Shown in pieces: positions 63,151 through 64,000 of a stretch of 64,000 nucleotides of DNA. This DNA comes from Rhizobium sp. Q54. GTDB taxonomy: Bacteria > Pseudomonadota > Gammaproteobacteria > Burkholderiales > Burkholderiaceae. Made by a program: the position numbers and the translations under genes. How positions within the stretch are numbered: position 1 is the first letter of the stretch; each line of letters opens with the position of its first letter. The notes below the pieces were generated by a model that was not told the DNA's origin, made no database searches, and saw nothing but the letters and a program-made list of their open reading frames with translations. The stretch lies in assembly GCA_943371165.1 (NCBI GenBank), contig CALRTW020000005.1, positions 3,481-67,480 of the forward strand. The letters run 5' to 3'.

Positions 63151-63597
63151 TTATTTGAGTTGCTGGCTGACTGCTTGCAATGCCAAGGTATAGCCGACTG
63201 GACCTAAACCACAGATCACGCCTTTTGCAATGTCAGATAAATAGGAGTGCTTACGGAATTCTTCGCGTTGGTGAATATTGGATAAATGCACTTCAATGAA
63301 GGGAATCGCAACCCCAGCCAAGGCATCGCGCAGCGCCACGCTGGTGTGGGTAAAGCCGCCTGGATTAATGATGATGAAATCAACCCCATCCTGTTTTGCC
63401 TTCTGAATGCAGTCAATTAACTCGCCTTCATGATTACTTTGAAAGGTACTCAGACCGATTCCAGCAGCTTTTGCCTGGGTTTCGAGGCCATTATGAATAT
63501 CGCTGAGGGTGGTATGACCATAAACCTGTGGTTCGCGGCTACCCAATAGATTGAGGTTAGGACCTTGAATAACTAAAACTGACGGGTTTTTTGACAT
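63151..63597 (-). CDS. aroQ: type II 3-dehydroquinate dehydratase
   Basis: [38 protein letters not shown]. Confidence 0.95.
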   Translation of the reverse strand: MSKNPSVLVIQGPNLNLLGSREPQVYGHTTLSDIHNGLETQAKAAGIGLSTFQSNHEGELIDCIQKAKQDGVDFIIINPGGFTHTSVALRDALAGVAIPFIEVHLSNIHQREEFRKHSYLSDIAKGVICGLGPVGYTLALQAVSQQLK

Positions 63598-63868
63598 AGA
63601 TCGCTAATTTTAGAAACAGTTAAGAACAGATGATGTCAGGCTGCTCAAGTCCGCCGGCGATGCTTTCTGCCGAATAACGGGGTACGCAAACGCGGAGTTG
63701 GATCGATACAGCATGAGGTGAAGTATACCCCCTAGGCTTGGGACAAAATCGCAAAATGCGGTAAAAAAAGATCTATTTTCTGCAAAATGAGTGAAGTTAA
63801 TCCGCTTTAGGCGCCAAAAACAGACTGAAATACCAATGGCTGCTGTCTATAAAAAGCTGCAATTTTAA

Positions 63869-64000
63869 TTAAATAGCTGCTTTTATCTGTTTTCTGAGCT
63901 CATCTTCGCTTATCTTTCCTAATTTCGTATTGGTTACCTTGCCTTTGGCATTAATCACTACGGTATAGGGAAGGGCGCCTTGGGTGTTGCCTAGGGCTTT
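63869..64000 (-). CDS. TlpA-like thiol:disulfide oxidoreductase (thioredoxin fold), C-terminal 43 codons only
   Basis: Not in the ORF track because it is edge-truncated. Reverse-complement translation: KALGNTQGALPYTVVINAKGKVTNTKLGKISEDELRKQIKAAI-stop, which resembles the C-terminus of TlpA/ResA-type redoxins. Sits upstream of aroQ as I recall for Burkholderiales. Confidence 0.5.
   Translation of the reverse strand, partial: KALGNTQGALPYTVVINAKGKVTNTKLGKISEDELRKQIKAAI

Noticed and set aside
1-64000. Search for CRISPR arrays, IS elements/transposases, integrases, prophage, toxin-antitoxin or known defence-system genes
   Set aside because: None recognised. Every ORF longer than about 150 aa is accounted for by a housekeeping or metabolic assignment, and the only tandem repeats are the coding repeats of the histone-like gene.

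Overview
By gene content and order this is a compact chromosomal core segment of a betaproteobacterium (Burkholderiales). The moderate GC and tight gene packing resemble Polynucleobacter-like streamlined genomes, but that taxon call is inference only. Contents, left to right:
- An edge-truncated M20 amidohydrolase, fadD, and the biotin cluster (bioD-bioF-bioA divergent from bioB), then coq7.
- The complete dcw division/cell-wall operon (mraZ-rsmH-ftsL-ftsI-murE-murF-mraY-murD-ftsW-murG-murC-ddl-ftsQ-ftsA-ftsZ).
- Peroxiredoxin, lpxC, a DUF721 gene, secA, argJ, a DUF815 ATPase and a MutT-like Nudix gene.
- zapD-coaE-pilD-pilC-pilB.
- A less conserved-looking block: ogt, squalene-synthase-like, Na+/solute symporter, PanE-like reductase, FAH-family, GrdB/PrdB-like.
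- tRNA-Pro(CGG), then ispB / rplU-rpmA-obgE-proB, a CNP1-like lipoprotein, rppH, proS, ffh, ypjD-like, PP0621-ampD, nrdAB.
- A Lys/Ala-rich histone H1-like gene, a PfkB kinase, prmA, accC-accB-aroQ, and an edge-truncated TlpA-like redoxin.

I found no rRNA, CRISPR array, transposase, integrase, prophage or recognisable defence genes, and no convincing novel multi-gene system.

The observations most worth a second look:
1. A near-consensus LexA (SOS) operator in the AT-rich gap upstream of mraZ/dcw, with no classical SOS gene beside it.
2. The histone H1-like gene is broken at an A9 tract. That tract forms an A_AAA_AAG slippery site, and the -1 frame carries on to a family-typical C-terminal tail.
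3. A second A9 tract lies exactly at the junction of an apparent PrmA-DUF3426 fusion ORF.
4. An apparent PP0621-AmpD fusion ORF.
5. N-terminally shortened PilB/PilC/PilD homologues.
6. An orphan Cys-type GrdB/PrdB-family protein paired with a FAH-family enzyme.

All product calls rest on motif and synteny recognition by eye. No database search or HMM scan was possible.
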